Source of the DNA: an uncultured Verrucomicrobiae bacterium
GTDB lineage: Bacteria; Verrucomicrobiota; Verrucomicrobiia; Limisphaerales; Palsa-1400
Reading direction: 5' to 3'
Length of the DNA stretch: 64,000 nucleotides
Assembly: GCA_963702845.1 (NCBI GenBank)
Contig: OY969763.1
Span: 5,120,001-5,184,000 of the forward strand
This document shows positions 18,941 through 29,224 of this stretch, in pieces. Made by a program: the position numbers and the translations under genes. The notes beneath the pieces were generated by a model that saw nothing but the letters and a program-made list of their open reading frames with translations, searched no databases and was not told the DNA's origin. Position 1 is the first letter of the stretch. The number at the start of each line of letters is the position of its first letter.

Positions 18941-19711
18941 ATGCCCCGAATTTTAATCCTAGCTGCTTTACTAATCGCGAACGTCACCGTCATGGCTGAT
19001 CGCGCGGATCAAGCCCCTTTACCGCCGCTCGAAACAATCATCAAAAACGCCATCGAGCACTCCAAAAAGGAACCCGAAAACGATCGCCTATTTCAACAGC
19101 GTTACGAATTCATCCGCACCAAGTGCACCGAATACCGCAACGGCGATGGCGAACTCACCAGGCGCGACCAAAAAACAAACATCAATCACGTTCGCATCGC
19201 ATCCGCGACTGTCGCCGCCAAGCCGAAACCCACGCCCGTTCGCGCTCCGAAGGTCGAATCAAAAACCATGCCCTCGGACCGCATCGACAAAAAAGATATT
19301 CTGCTCAACGAAGATTTGTTCAGCCGATTCCAATTCAATTTGATCGGGCGCGAGCAAGTCGCTGGTCGCACCGCCCTCGTTCTCGATTTCAAACCGGCCA
19401 ACAAAAAACTGCCCAACAACAATTTCAAAGATCGCTTCATCAACATCGCCGCCGGGCGTCTTTGGGTAGACGAAGAAGATTCCGCCCTTGTCAAAGCCAG
19501 CCTACACCTCACCGAGAAGGTCAGCGTGATCGGCGGCATTGTCGGCGCCATCGGCAAATTCAACTGCACTGTCGACCGCGAACGCACAACGGACGGCCTT
19601 TGGTTCACCAGCGCGATGGACTGGCATCTCGAAGGCCGCGTCGCCCTCGCCCATCGCACTATCGATTACCACGAAGAAAAAACCGGCGTGCAGAATAAAG
19701 CGGCGCGCTAA
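18941..19711 (+). CDS. Hypothetical secreted beta-rich protein
   Basis: Signal peptide MPRILILAALLIANVTVMA, 256 aa, GRLWVDEED motif; possible LolA/RseB-like fold is speculative. Confidence 0.65.
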   Translation: MPRILILAALLIANVTVMADRADQAPLPPLETIIKNAIEHSKKEPENDRLFQQRYEFIRTKCTEYRNGDGELTRRDQKTNINHVRIASATVAAKPKPTPVRAPKVESKTMPSDRIDKKDILLNEDLFSRFQFNLIGREQVAGRTALVLDFKPANKKLPNNNFKDRFINIAAGRLWVDEEDSALVKASLHLTEKVSVIGGIVGAIGKFNCTVDRERTTDGLWFTSAMDWHLEGRVALAHRTIDYHEEKTGVQNKAAR

Positions 19712-20485
19712 GGTCTCGCGATCTTACGCGGTCCGTGCATAAAAAGTTCGAAGGAAAGTCGCGCATTGCCGCACATTGTCCCGCTTGTGTGTGAAGTCAG
19801 TTGCACATTTTATAGTTAAAGCACGGCATGGCACCATTGAAAGTTGCACATTTTGTAGATGGCATTCGGCGAAGCGGAATCGTGGAAGATTTTTTAGCTT
19901 GGGTGATATTTGGTGATATTTACTGATATTTTTTCCGCAGGAACGGCCGGCGACTCGGCGCATGGCTGATCGCGGATGCTGTCGAGTTCGCATTACACCC
20001 GCTGCCATCTGGTGACATCTAGTTACCTCTGGTGACATGCGCAGCCGGTTGATGGTTGAGGGGCCTGAAATAAAAACGAGGCGCAACCAGAAGTCCAGGC
20101 TCCCACAGCCGCGATTGACCGAAACGCTGCGGGCGCAATCCACCGGAAAATAATTCTTTTTTTAAACCGATATTAACCGGCACAGGTCGATACGAAGCGG
20201 CACCCGCACGCTGACCTCGGATGCCATGCGGGCACACGAGTGGCGTGATTGGCATCCCTTCATCCCGGATCATATTTCGTCCGGCGCCGCTCATAGTCGG
20301 TTTGGCATTTGAGCCTTCAAGAGACCGCCTAAAGGCGGGACTCTATACCGATTGAGAAATGAAGCGGCGGCTCGTCAATTCACTTCATTATTTATAATGC
20401 AGATGAATGCCTGGAAATCTCACTCGCGATCACCGGAGAATCACAGTCGCAACACGATCCCCAAGGTAACAACCTCCAAAGGGTG

Positions 20486-20619
20486 GACCTGCTTCCAGAC
20501 CCCCAACTATCCTCTACCAATGTTTCGGTTTTGTTTGCCGCGCCGACGCGACGCAAACAAAACCAAACCAATTATCAAACCTCTTCCGATTCTATAAATA
20601 TGTCACCCCTGACGGGGCT
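20486..20619 (-). repeat. Composite hairpin element, copy 1
   Basis: ATGTCACCCCTGACGGGGCT end plus central TTTTGTTTGC..GCAAACAAAA hairpin; inverted homolog at 21932-22062. Confidence 0.7.
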
Positions 20620-20768
20620 CGTTAAAACGCCTCAAACGAAGTTTCACTTTTTGTCCCATCGTAGTTTTAGCGAAGGTGGATCGCGAAGCGGCGACGAAGG
20701 AGTCCGAACGACGGCTTCTGCTGGCGTTCAGCGATGGAACTTTTCCCAACGGGCGGGTTTACCAAAAC

Positions 20769-21215
20769 ATGAGACTGCATTGGTCCGCGTTCATAGCATG
20801 CGCTGCCATTTCTACGTGTTGTTTGGCGAAGGAAGCGATTGGGCCAAAGCATCCATATTCATCAATTCCGCAGAGGAATGTTTTTGCGCTGAACATGTAT
20901 CTGCCGCCGGAGCCGGTGTGCGGGAGCAAGCCCGTTTGTCCGCTAAATATTTCGGGGTTTGTAAAACGAGGTGACGAAAGCACGCGGGTTTTATTGGCGT
21001 CGCGGCCGAAAGAGCCAAAGGAAGCGATGAGGTTTTACAAATTAAGCGAAGGGGAGACTGATGACGGGGTGAAGGTTGTCAGGATTGGCTCGAAACAGGA
21101 ATCAGTGGAGTTGTTGGTGGACGGAGAGCCGGTGGTTTTGACGGTGCGGAGCAATAGTTTTGCGGTTGGGAAGCAGGGGTTGGGCGAGGTACCTTCCCTA
21201 ACTGCGATTCGTTAA
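20769..21215 (+). CDS. Hypothetical exported protein
   Basis: Signal-like N-terminus MRLHWSAFIACAAISTCCLA, then PYSSIPQRNVF and a beta-rich C-terminus (faint GspC/PilP-like resemblance). Confidence 0.55.
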   Translation: MRLHWSAFIACAAISTCCLAKEAIGPKHPYSSIPQRNVFALNMYLPPEPVCGSKPVCPLNISGFVKRGDESTRVLLASRPKEPKEAMRFYKLSEGETDDGVKVVRIGSKQESVELLVDGEPVVLTVRSNSFAVGKQGLGEVPSLTAIR

Positions 21216-21489
21216 AACGCCACAAACGGCGGTTCACTTCCTGTCCCGCCCCGCGTGGATCGCGGCGGAGGCGACGCATGGTTCATCCCCCCTTCCAGGG
21301 GTGTAGAGCCGTCAGGCCGTCAGGAATGTTGATGGTCAACGCGTTGGATTGGAATCCAGCCGTCAGGCTGACGGCAGGCACCCGTCAGGTTCCTTCACGC
21401 CGAGGCAAATGAGACGAGTGCGGCTGTCAGCAAACTCCAGGGCGTGTGGCACCGAAACCCCCGCGGTGGATTTGCCATCCAAGATTCTG

Positions 21490-21720
21490 CTAAGCTGCTT
21501 TTACGGGAGCGGCTTGGCGAATGAGCTTCCCCCCGTTGGTTTTGAGATAGGCCTGCACCGCAATAATGCCGCCGAGGCTGATGGGAACGCGCTTCTGGGT
21601 CTGAAACATCCGATAATGGGTGAGCGTCTTGCCAACTTCCATGATCTCGATGTGCCTATCGTCCAGTTTCCAGAGTTGACCTTTTGCCAGCGGGGCAACT
21701 GGAGGTTTAGTTAGTTTCAT
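21490..21720 (-). CDS. Small basic hypothetical protein
   Basis: 76-aa ORF with ATG and A/T-rich leader; LAKGQLWKL...IEIMEVGKTLTHYR looks like a compact beta domain. Confidence 0.6.
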   Translation of the reverse strand: MKLTKPPVAPLAKGQLWKLDDRHIEIMEVGKTLTHYRMFQTQKRVPISLGGIIAVQAYLKTNGGKLIRQAAPVKAA

Positions 21721-21931
21721 ATATTTTACTTTTTTGAGTGCCTCGCCATTGAGATAAAAATCTCTGGCGGTCGAGTAGGAAGCGGTGGGCCCCGTGGATC
21801 GTTGACTCGACGAGAAGAGTCAAACATTTAAACGCACAAAAAGATATGTAAATCGATAAATGAATTCTTTCGGAGTTCGCCGGTGTTCGCGCGCCCGTCC
21901 GTACCGTTTTCGTACTTCTTCCTTAATCCCG

Positions 21932-22062
21932 ACTCCGTTAGGGGTGACATGTCTATAGAAAACCCAACCAACAACAACAACGTTTAGTTTTTGTTTGCGC
22001 CGCGCAAGCGCCGCAAACAAAAAACAAAACCAGTTGTAAAATTCCAATCCCACAAGCAGGTC
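21932..22062 (+). repeat. Composite hairpin element, copy 2 (inverted relative to copy 1)
   Basis: ACTCCGTTAGGGGTGACAT..TATAGAA..TTTTTGTTTGC..GCAAACAAAAA..AAGCAGGTC aligns to the reverse complement of 20486-20619. Confidence 0.7.
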
Positions 22063-22139
22063 GCCTTAAATGTTCGTTAAACTTCGAACTGGTGACTGAT
22101 CTGGAATAAGATGTGAATTCCAGTTGCTGCGAAAAAAGT

Positions 22140-25070
22140 TCAAGGCTGGCTAATTCGATACACACGCACGGGTTCATCTGGTGCAATCGAAATCGTATTG
22201 GAGAACGTCCCATTACTGCTGCCGAACACGCCCATGGCCTCGACCGTCCAGAGGGCGGAAGGCCAAGCGGCGTTGGTCGAGGCCAGCACCGAATAGCTGG
22301 ATCCAGGGCGACCGTTCTGACCCTGCAAAATGAAGACCGGTCGCGACATGGTTGCCCTGGTAATATGGGTAACCTGACTGAGGTCAACGGCTGTGCCGAG
22401 GCGCACTTCACTGTACTGGGTCGCGTCAGGGGTACCACCCGCAACTTCTGTAACCAAGACACGATAACTGCTGTAGGCGGCGGTATTCGCAAATTCGATG
22501 ACACGTCCCCAACTATTTCGATCTTGATCGGTTGCCAATCCGGTTGTGCCCTCGTATATGAGAGTGAATCCGCTCGCGCCTGGTTTTGCGGCATCTGATG
22601 CGTTCGATCCTTCGATAGTAATCCGAGACGGATCACGAGATGGCATGTCGCTACCAGCAGCAAACTGCATCGCGGTAACAATGGTGAGGCCTTTTGCCGG
22701 AGTGACAACAAAGCCGGTGTTAACTCCCGGAAGACTGCCGTCAACATCTTGGGCCTTATTAAAATATTTTGTTCCGAGATTTTGATCAATGGCGTTGGTA
22801 ACGCCGGCTCCGTCGCTGTCGCTGGCCAAAGCCAGGGTATTGGAGCTGCCCCTGGTCGTCCATTTGAGCGGCACGATAAAGTCGTGCGGCGACAGAACAC
22901 AAGCTAGGCTAAGGTCGGGTGCGATCAGATGTGACAGATCAACAACATCAGCCATGCGTTCGGGAGGACTGACCACGAGATTGGTCAGCTTTCCGTTCTG
23001 GATGGCTCCCTGCACGACTGTTTGAAACGGCGCGTTTAATTTGAAGGTGACATTCCATTCGCTGGGCCAGGCCGGGCAAAGCAGAATCTTTCTGCCGTCA
23101 GTTTGCATGATCATTTGCTGCAAGGCGTGTTCCGCATTGCCGCCGTTATCTTCATCGGGGGTATAGTCATTTCCCTTTGCCCAAAAGGCTGGAAACTTTA
23201 GCGATGGCTCGGTATTGGTCAGATTAAACAGCGTGTATTGTTTGGCGACATTGGTCAGTCCCAGCATCGCGGCCTGAATCGGGTCCTGCACCCAACAGCC
23301 CGGTTTGGTAAAATACCGCTCGTTAAATGTAGAGATCGCAAGGTCCACATCCGGCTTGCCCAACCCGTAAAGGCGAAAGGGGTAGATGGCATACAATTCG
23401 GGATTTTCGACATTCTGCACAATGTTCGTCTGCGGGCCGGAATAGGGAAGCAGCGTGCATTTGCCGGCTCTCCTTCCAACCGGCAGATCAGGAATTTGCC
23501 CAAGCATTCTGACCCAAACGGCGTGATTTGATGCAGAAATAGTATCGTTGGTTAATGAAATCATGCGCGGCAGCACGGCCTGTAACCCAGCGATGTCGGG
23601 TGCCGGATCATGAACTTTCCAATAGGTTTCCAGCGCGTTGACCGGATCGAGCAGCAGTTTGCCCTGAGCATCACGCGCGAAGTGTTGGTCGTAAAACGTG
23701 AGCCCGGCCGTCGCCGCCGGCAAAAGATAGTGGCTCAAAAAATTCGTGTCGCCGGTAAACTCGTAATAATCAAGCATCATCATACTCAACTCGAGAACCG
23801 GCGAAAAGTAATGGCCAGTATAGATCCCGGGGACCTCAGGCCCATAATAGTTCAATCCGCCCCAAGACGGAAACGCTTCAGCAAAATAAGCGCCTTGATG
23901 GTGGTAGTACGCGGTCACTTGCGACGCATTGTTCGATAGGATTTGCGAATACATCTTGAACATCGGGAGCATGAGATCAAAGTCTCCGGCAGCCAGGCGG
24001 GGCCAATACATCGCGCGCGTATTCTGAAACCAATATTGGCCGCCCCAAACCCGGTAGTCAGCATTTTGCTGGTGCGCCGGATCATCGACAACGAAGAGCG
24101 ACCCATTGAACTTGATCGGATAAGCGCCGCGCCCGGCGCATGCGGTAACGAACCGTTGAAGGACGTAGCCCCGCGTCAGATTCGTCGCATCATTGTCCCC
24201 TGTGACAAAGATCCAGCTACGGTTCCAGAAGCCATCCCACCATGCGCGGTGGTCAAGCCGGCTCTGTTCCAGGTTCGCTGTATCAGTTTGCCCGATGAGC
24301 CCCTCCAACTGCGCGAGCCATTGATTGGTGGAAGCATACGCGGTCAACGGGTAAATGGAAAACAGTTGGGTGCTAGCCGCAGTAGAGGATTGCAGGTTTG
24401 TAGGGCCGTTTTTGATAAGGCCATCACCTTTGATGGCCGCGCCAAAACATAATCCGGCCACATGTGGATCAGTTTGATCAGTGTTTCGGTGACACCATGC
24501 AATGCGGTTTGTCTGATTGGCCATGAGAGTATCGGAATCCGAGCCGCCGAAACGCCAATCAATTAAGCCGACTGTCATTGAGACCGGTTTGGCATTGCTC
24601 GCGGCCGCGACCCGGATAACCGGGCGATTCGCATCCACCCAGATGTCAAATGTAACCTGATTGGTGTCGTAACCTTCTTTGATCTCGATCTCTCCTTCGT
24701 GCAGCTTGAGCGTTTGCAACACGGGCGCAGAGCCCGTGAACGGGCTGGGGCTGATCGAGACGCGCACCTGTCCAAGCTTCATCAGCGCCTGAGTGTCCCA
24801 AATATCGTAGTCCCAGGCATCGCTCTTGCTGATATAGAAGGACACGTCACCATTGGTTTCCATCCAAACGTTAAGCCCAATATCGCCATTACCTAAAGGC
24901 ATGGATTGTGAAGACGTGGGCCCTGGCACATTCCAGCTGACGTTGTAATCATCAAGTGCCGAAAGAATGTTTGTGTTGTTGCCGGTCACCTGGCCGAACG
25001 AAAGTGAATAACCGATGCAAAACAGAAAACAGATGCTGCTGCTGCTGAAGCACTTCCTCTCACAATCCAT
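22140..25070 (-). CDS. Secreted GH95-like glycoside hydrolase (DUF5703 N-terminus) with discoidin/CBM-like domain and C-terminal tail domain
   Basis: SMPLGNGDIGLNVW, WGGQYWFQNTR, ENPELYAIYPF and ILLCPAWP motifs; signal peptide present. Confidence 0.8.
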   Translation of the reverse strand: MDCERKCFSSSSICFLFCIGYSLSFGQVTGNNTNILSALDDYNVSWNVPGPTSSQSMPLGNGDIGLNVWMETNGDVSFYISKSDAWDYDIWDTQALMKLGQVRVSISPSPFTGSAPVLQTLKLHEGEIEIKEGYDTNQVTFDIWVDANRPVIRVAAASNAKPVSMTVGLIDWRFGGSDSDTLMANQTNRIAWCHRNTDQTDPHVAGLCFGAAIKGDGLIKNGPTNLQSSTAASTQLFSIYPLTAYASTNQWLAQLEGLIGQTDTANLEQSRLDHRAWWDGFWNRSWIFVTGDNDATNLTRGYVLQRFVTACAGRGAYPIKFNGSLFVVDDPAHQQNADYRVWGGQYWFQNTRAMYWPRLAAGDFDLMLPMFKMYSQILSNNASQVTAYYHHQGAYFAEAFPSWGGLNYYGPEVPGIYTGHYFSPVLELSMMMLDYYEFTGDTNFLSHYLLPAATAGLTFYDQHFARDAQGKLLLDPVNALETYWKVHDPAPDIAGLQAVLPRMISLTNDTISASNHAVWVRMLGQIPDLPVGRRAGKCTLLPYSGPQTNIVQNVENPELYAIYPFRLYGLGKPDVDLAISTFNERYFTKPGCWVQDPIQAAMLGLTNVAKQYTLFNLTNTEPSLKFPAFWAKGNDYTPDEDNGGNAEHALQQMIMQTDGRKILLCPAWPSEWNVTFKLNAPFQTVVQGAIQNGKLTNLVVSPPERMADVVDLSHLIAPDLSLACVLSPHDFIVPLKWTTRGSSNTLALASDSDGAGVTNAIDQNLGTKYFNKAQDVDGSLPGVNTGFVVTPAKGLTIVTAMQFAAGSDMPSRDPSRITIEGSNASDAAKPGASGFTLIYEGTTGLATDQDRNSWGRVIEFANTAAYSSYRVLVTEVAGGTPDATQYSEVRLGTAVDLSQVTHITRATMSRPVFILQGQNGRPGSSYSVLASTNAAWPSALWTVEAMGVFGSSNGTFSNTISIAPDEPVRVYRISQP

Positions 25071-25411
25071 AAGTTACTTACAACAGCACCCGCAGCGTTT
25101 GCTGTCAATGCATTAGTGGATGTCCTTAGGGCGGTCCTGGTAATTCAACTTTCGGTCGTATCAGCCGCTTGCTCACGCACCCGAGTGGTCGGGGCCGGTG
25201 TCAGGCCGGTGTCACATTTATACTAAAGAGCCACCTCTATCTGACAGCAAAGGACACCAACAAATAAATCTGGTCCCGCCGCCATCCGAGGTTATTCGAA
25301 CCTATCCGAACCTAAATTAATTCTGGCTCTGTGGTTCATCCGCGCCTTCACTCTGCTCGAATGCCGCTCCTGTATTGCTGTTCGGCCAACATTCGTTACA
25401 CTGCTCTTTTA

Positions 25412-25747
25412 ATGAGTAAACCTGTCTGCCCGATGTGTGAGATGACTAATGTCCTGGAGTTTCCTGGAAAATGGGAATGCGTCACTTGCGGGCACGAATG
25501 GGAACGCGCGCCTGAACCGGAAGCGGCAGCCGGCCCGCGTGTGGTCAAAGATGCCCACGGGAATGTGCTCTCCGATGGCGATTGCATCGTCTTGATCAAG
25601 GATTTGAAATTGGGCGGTGGCAATCGGGTTCTCAAGGGCGGCTTGAAATCCAAACCGATTCGTCTCGTGGATGGCGATCACGAGATTGATTGCAAAGTGG
25701 ACGGAATTTCCATCGCGCTAAAAGCCTGTTTTGTGAAGAAGGCGTGA
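25412..25747 (+). CDS. PhnA/YjdM zinc-ribbon protein
   Basis: CPMC...CVTCGHEW zinc ribbon, VKDAHGNVLSDGD and DHEIDCK motifs. Confidence 0.88.
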   Translation: MSKPVCPMCEMTNVLEFPGKWECVTCGHEWERAPEPEAAAGPRVVKDAHGNVLSDGDCIVLIKDLKLGGGNRVLKGGLKSKPIRLVDGDHEIDCKVDGISIALKACFVKKA

Positions 25748-25753
25748 TTCGCG

Positions 25754-26515
25754 ATGCACCGGAATCCTCGAACCCACGCCGCTTTCACCCTTGTCGAACT
25801 TCTCGTCGTCATCGCCATTATTGCAATCATTGCCGCGCTGCTTTTGCCCGCGCTCTCGCGGTCGAAACAAAAAGCGCATCAAATCGCTTGCACCTCAAAT
25901 CTCCATCAACTCGGTGTCGCGCTCCAAAGTTTCGTTGGTGATAACCGTGCTTATCCAACGGTCATCAGTCCGACGAACAGCGAATTGCCCGGGTTTTGGA
26001 TCAGCCAATTACAAAGCGGCGGATTCGGCTTTGGTAATTCCAAGCCCGTCACCAACCTCATCGAAAAAGGAGTCTGGCGTTGTCCCACGGCGCCTTCGCA
26101 CCTGGCGATTCCGAACGAGAACGCGGAATTTTGCAGTTACGCCTATAACTCTTTCGGTGTTATGGCTGTTGGTGATCGCACCAACGCGCTCGGATTGCAG
26201 GGGAAATTTATTCCCGGCCAAACCAATGCTGACTTCTGGTCGAGGATTGCACCGGTCAAGGAATCGGAAGTCGCCGCGCCCGCCGACATGATGGCGATCG
26301 GCGACAGCACAGTCGGCGGAGTTGAGTTCATGCGAGAGGACATCAATTACGTGATGCGACACGACGCGGACAAACGTCACACGGGCAAACTCAACGTTCT
26401 CTTTTGCGATGGACACACTGAATCGCCGACCTTAAACAAATTGTTTGTCGATACGGACGACGAGGCTCTGGTTCGATGGAACCGCGACCATCAACCGCAC
26501 AGGGATAAGCTTTGA
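25754..26515 (+). CDS. Prepilin-type N-terminal cleavage protein with H-X9-DG motif (DUF1559-like)
   Basis: [34 protein letters not shown] and [13 protein letters not shown]. Confidence 0.92.
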   Translation: MHRNPRTHAAFTLVELLVVIAIIAIIAALLLPALSRSKQKAHQIACTSNLHQLGVALQSFVGDNRAYPTVISPTNSELPGFWISQLQSGGFGFGNSKPVTNLIEKGVWRCPTAPSHLAIPNENAEFCSYAYNSFGVMAVGDRTNALGLQGKFIPGQTNADFWSRIAPVKESEVAAPADMMAIGDSTVGGVEFMREDINYVMRHDADKRHTGKLNVLFCDGHTESPTLNKLFVDTDDEALVRWNRDHQPHRDKL

Positions 26516-26570
26516 GGAGCGAGCGTAAGGTTCGCATTTCGCGCGCCTAACATTCTCGTAGGTTTATTCC

Positions 26571-26610
26571 AAAAGCGGTAGAGGACTGCCTCACTCCATG
26601 ACGCTTCGCG
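26571..26610 (+). repeat. REP-like family C
   Basis: AAAAGCGGTAGAGGACTGCCTCACTCCATGACGCTTCGCG; reverse-oriented relative at 36175-36215. Confidence 0.6.
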
Positions 26611-26615
26611 CGTTA

Positions 26616-27338
26616 TTACGACGGTTGCGGCTTTTCTTCAGCGGCCGCCTTCTCCGCTTTCAACATCGCTAATGCCGCGATCGCTGCTTCGCTTTCTGCC
26701 GATTTCTTGCTCTTGCCTTTGCCGCGGCCGAGTTCGAGGCCGCAGTGGCTGACGACGCATTCGAATTCGCGATCGTGATCCGGGCCGGTCGCTTGGGCCA
26801 AGTGGTATTGCGGAGCTTCGGGAGATTTGGATTGGAGGATTTCCTGCAGTTCGCCTTTCGGATTGTCTAAGGTGGGGATCGAGGTCAGTTCGCCGAAGGC
26901 TTGCCGGAAGGAGTTCAGGACGAAGGCGCGGGCACCTTCGTAACCGCCGTCCAAAAAGATTGCGCCGATGACGGCTTCGAAGGCGTCGGCCAAGGCCGAG
27001 GCGCGACTGCGACCGAGGTTGGCTTCTTCGCCGCGGCTCAGAATCAGGAAATCTTGCAAACGAATGCTCTTGGCTTGTTCGGCAAGGGTGCGGCGATTGA
27101 TCATTTGCGCGCGGGCTTTGGTGAGCGGGCCTTCGCTGACTTCGGAAAACTTGTCGTAGAGTTCGCGGGTCAAGATGAGGCCGAGCACGGCGTCACCGAG
27201 AAATTCGAGGCGTTGGTTGTGTTGGATGGACCGGCCGAGTTCGTGGGCGACGGACGGATGGGTCAAAGCAAGGGTGAGCAACGCTTCATCTTTGAAGCGA
27301 TACTCCAAAATATTCTGAAACTCGTTCAGGTCAGACAC
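26616..27338 (-). CDS. rnc: Ribonuclease III
   Basis: NQRLEFLGDAVL signature, DAFEAVIGAIFLD and C-terminal dsRBD. Confidence 0.97.
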   Translation of the reverse strand: MSDLNEFQNILEYRFKDEALLTLALTHPSVAHELGRSIQHNQRLEFLGDAVLGLILTRELYDKFSEVSEGPLTKARAQMINRRTLAEQAKSIRLQDFLILSRGEEANLGRSRASALADAFEAVIGAIFLDGGYEGARAFVLNSFRQAFGELTSIPTLDNPKGELQEILQSKSPEAPQYHLAQATGPDHDREFECVVSHCGLELGRGKGKSKKSAESEAAIAALAMLKAEKAAAEEKPQPS

Positions 27339-27385
27339 AGTAGTAAACTAAACCCGAAGCACGAAATTCGAAGCACGAAATAAAA

Positions 27386-28030
27386 TCAAGTCGTTGCGGC
27401 AGGTTCTGCGTCAGTGACGACCTGAGGTTCGGTTGCGGGAGGTTCCGAAACAGGCGTCGCCTCAACTTCGCCCTCGGTGGCGGCAGGTTGAGCTACAGCG
27501 GGGGCTTCCGGTTGTGGCGGGTTTAAACCGTGTTCCATCAGATACGCGACATCGCGTTGGACCTGATCGAGCTGGTTCAATTGCAGGTTAGGATCGGTAA
27601 TCGTGAAAATGTCGCCGCTGGCCGGATGTTCGTAAATGAACACGCGGCCGCCTTCTTTTTTGATCTGCTCTTTCACTTTCAAGATGCGTTTGCGTTCGAG
27701 CATGACGGCAAGGATGAAGCAGGCCGGGCCGTGTTTGGGGTCGTTCAGCTCGATAAGTTTGCGCAAGATTGTCTCGGCGTTTTCTTTTTGCATCGGCTCC
27801 GGAGCATGAGCGGGCGGAGCGATGTAGATACCTTTCCAAAATGAAATGAAACCTTTGCGATCAATGGAGCCGCCGCCGTATTGGGTGTCCCAGCAGGATT
27901 GGCAGATGTCCTGGCGGAGGTATTCGGATTTTTCGGTAAAGAGCAGCGTGTGATAGGGCTGCTTGTCTGCAAATGGTTTTTCGCAAGCCTGACAGCCGTG
28001 GGAACGCGATTGGATGTTCCAGTCGATCAT
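27386..28030 (-). CDS. Hypothetical protein with N-terminal Cys pairs and acidic Pro/Ala tail
   Basis: CQAC...CQSC, LAVMLERKRILK; 214 aa, co-oriented with rnc. Confidence 0.7.
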   Translation of the reverse strand: MIDWNIQSRSHGCQACEKPFADKQPYHTLLFTEKSEYLRQDICQSCWDTQYGGGSIDRKGFISFWKGIYIAPPAHAPEPMQKENAETILRKLIELNDPKHGPACFILAVMLERKRILKVKEQIKKEGGRVFIYEHPASGDIFTITDPNLQLNQLDQVQRDVAYLMEHGLNPPQPEAPAVAQPAATEGEVEATPVSEPPATEPQVVTDAEPAATT

Positions 28031-28114
28031 TGAGCGCCATTATTGGGAAATTCGCGGAAAGTGGAAGGGGAAAGTGGCCGAAAGTCGAAGGTCGAGAGTC
28101 GACAGACAGTGCAG

Positions 28115-29104
28115 CTACGTCGTGAGATCCTTAACATAGGCGAACAACGCCGGGGCGCCGCCGGTGTGCCAGAAGAGGACGGTTTCGGTTTTGGCGATTT
28201 GGCCTTTGCGGATCATGTCGAGCATCGCACCGAAGGCGCGGCCGGCGTAGACGGGATCAAGCAGGATGCCTTGGGTCTGGGCGAGCATGCGGATGGCTTC
28301 GCGTTCTAAATCGCCGACCATTCCGTAGCCCGCGCCTGCGTAACCGCGCACGACTTCGAAGTCTTTGGGCGTGAAACGATGGTTTATGCCCAAACGCGTG
28401 GCGCAATCGTTGGCCACCTCGGCGAGTTCTTGTTCGTAAAGGTTGAGGTCGCGTTCGTCTTTGTCGATGCCGATGGCGGTGAGTTGGCCTTTGAATCCGG
28501 CCAAACGCGCGCCCACGACCATGCCCGCTTGTGTGCCGCCGGAGCTGGTGCCGAAAACGATTCGGTCGATGTGGCGCTTGTCGAGCTGCTCCATCAGCTC
28601 AGTCATCGCGGTGACGTAGCCGAGTGCGCCGATGCCGTTGGAGCCGCCGACGGGAATGAGATACGGTTTGCGCCCGGCTTTTTTCAATTGGTCGACCAGC
28701 TCGGCTGATTTTGCGGCACGTTGCGGGCGTTCAATCCAGTGAATGGTCGCGCCGAAGAGTTCGTCGAGGAACAGGTTGCCTTGCGGGACGTCGGGCTTTT
28801 TGCCGTTGAGGATTAGCTCACATTTCAATCCACACGCGGCGGCGGCCGCAGCGGTTTGGCGGCAGTGATTTGATTGAGCAGCCCCGAGAGTTATTAATGT
28901 GTCACATCCCTGAGCCAGCGCATCGGCGAGGAGAAATTCGAGTTTGCGCACTTTATTACCGCCGAGGGCGAGTCCGGTCTGGTCGTCGCGTTTGATTAGA
29001 ATTTTAGGGCCGCCAAGCTTAGCAGAAAGCGTGCGGAGTTCTTCGAGCGGAGTTGGTAAATGAGCGAGTTGGACGCGGGAAAGTTTGACCGTAGTCGCGG
29101 ACAT
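28115..29104 (-). CDS. D-cysteine desulfhydrase / ACC deaminase family PLP enzyme
   Basis: KRDDQTGLALGGNKVRKLE, QSNHCRQ, SSGGTQAG, LDPVY and HTGG motifs. Confidence 0.9.
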   Translation of the reverse strand: MSATTVKLSRVQLAHLPTPLEELRTLSAKLGGPKILIKRDDQTGLALGGNKVRKLEFLLADALAQGCDTLITLGAAQSNHCRQTAAAAAACGLKCELILNGKKPDVPQGNLFLDELFGATIHWIERPQRAAKSAELVDQLKKAGRKPYLIPVGGSNGIGALGYVTAMTELMEQLDKRHIDRIVFGTSSGGTQAGMVVGARLAGFKGQLTAIGIDKDERDLNLYEQELAEVANDCATRLGINHRFTPKDFEVVRGYAGAGYGMVGDLEREAIRMLAQTQGILLDPVYAGRAFGAMLDMIRKGQIAKTETVLFWHTGGAPALFAYVKDLTT

Positions 29105-29224
29105 GAGGGTTGAATAACAGGTTCGTGCGATGATGCCAATGCTAACGGAAGGACGGCCCGAAGATGGAACTCCATACGCTAAACCGCTTGCTTACGGGCG
29201 CGGCTGTGTTGATATACGGCGCGA

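Noticed and set aside
19724..20974. ORFs 19724-20143, 20019-20294, 20352-20597 and 20483-20974
   Set aside because: They run through repeat elements, have atypical composition and show no domain motifs.
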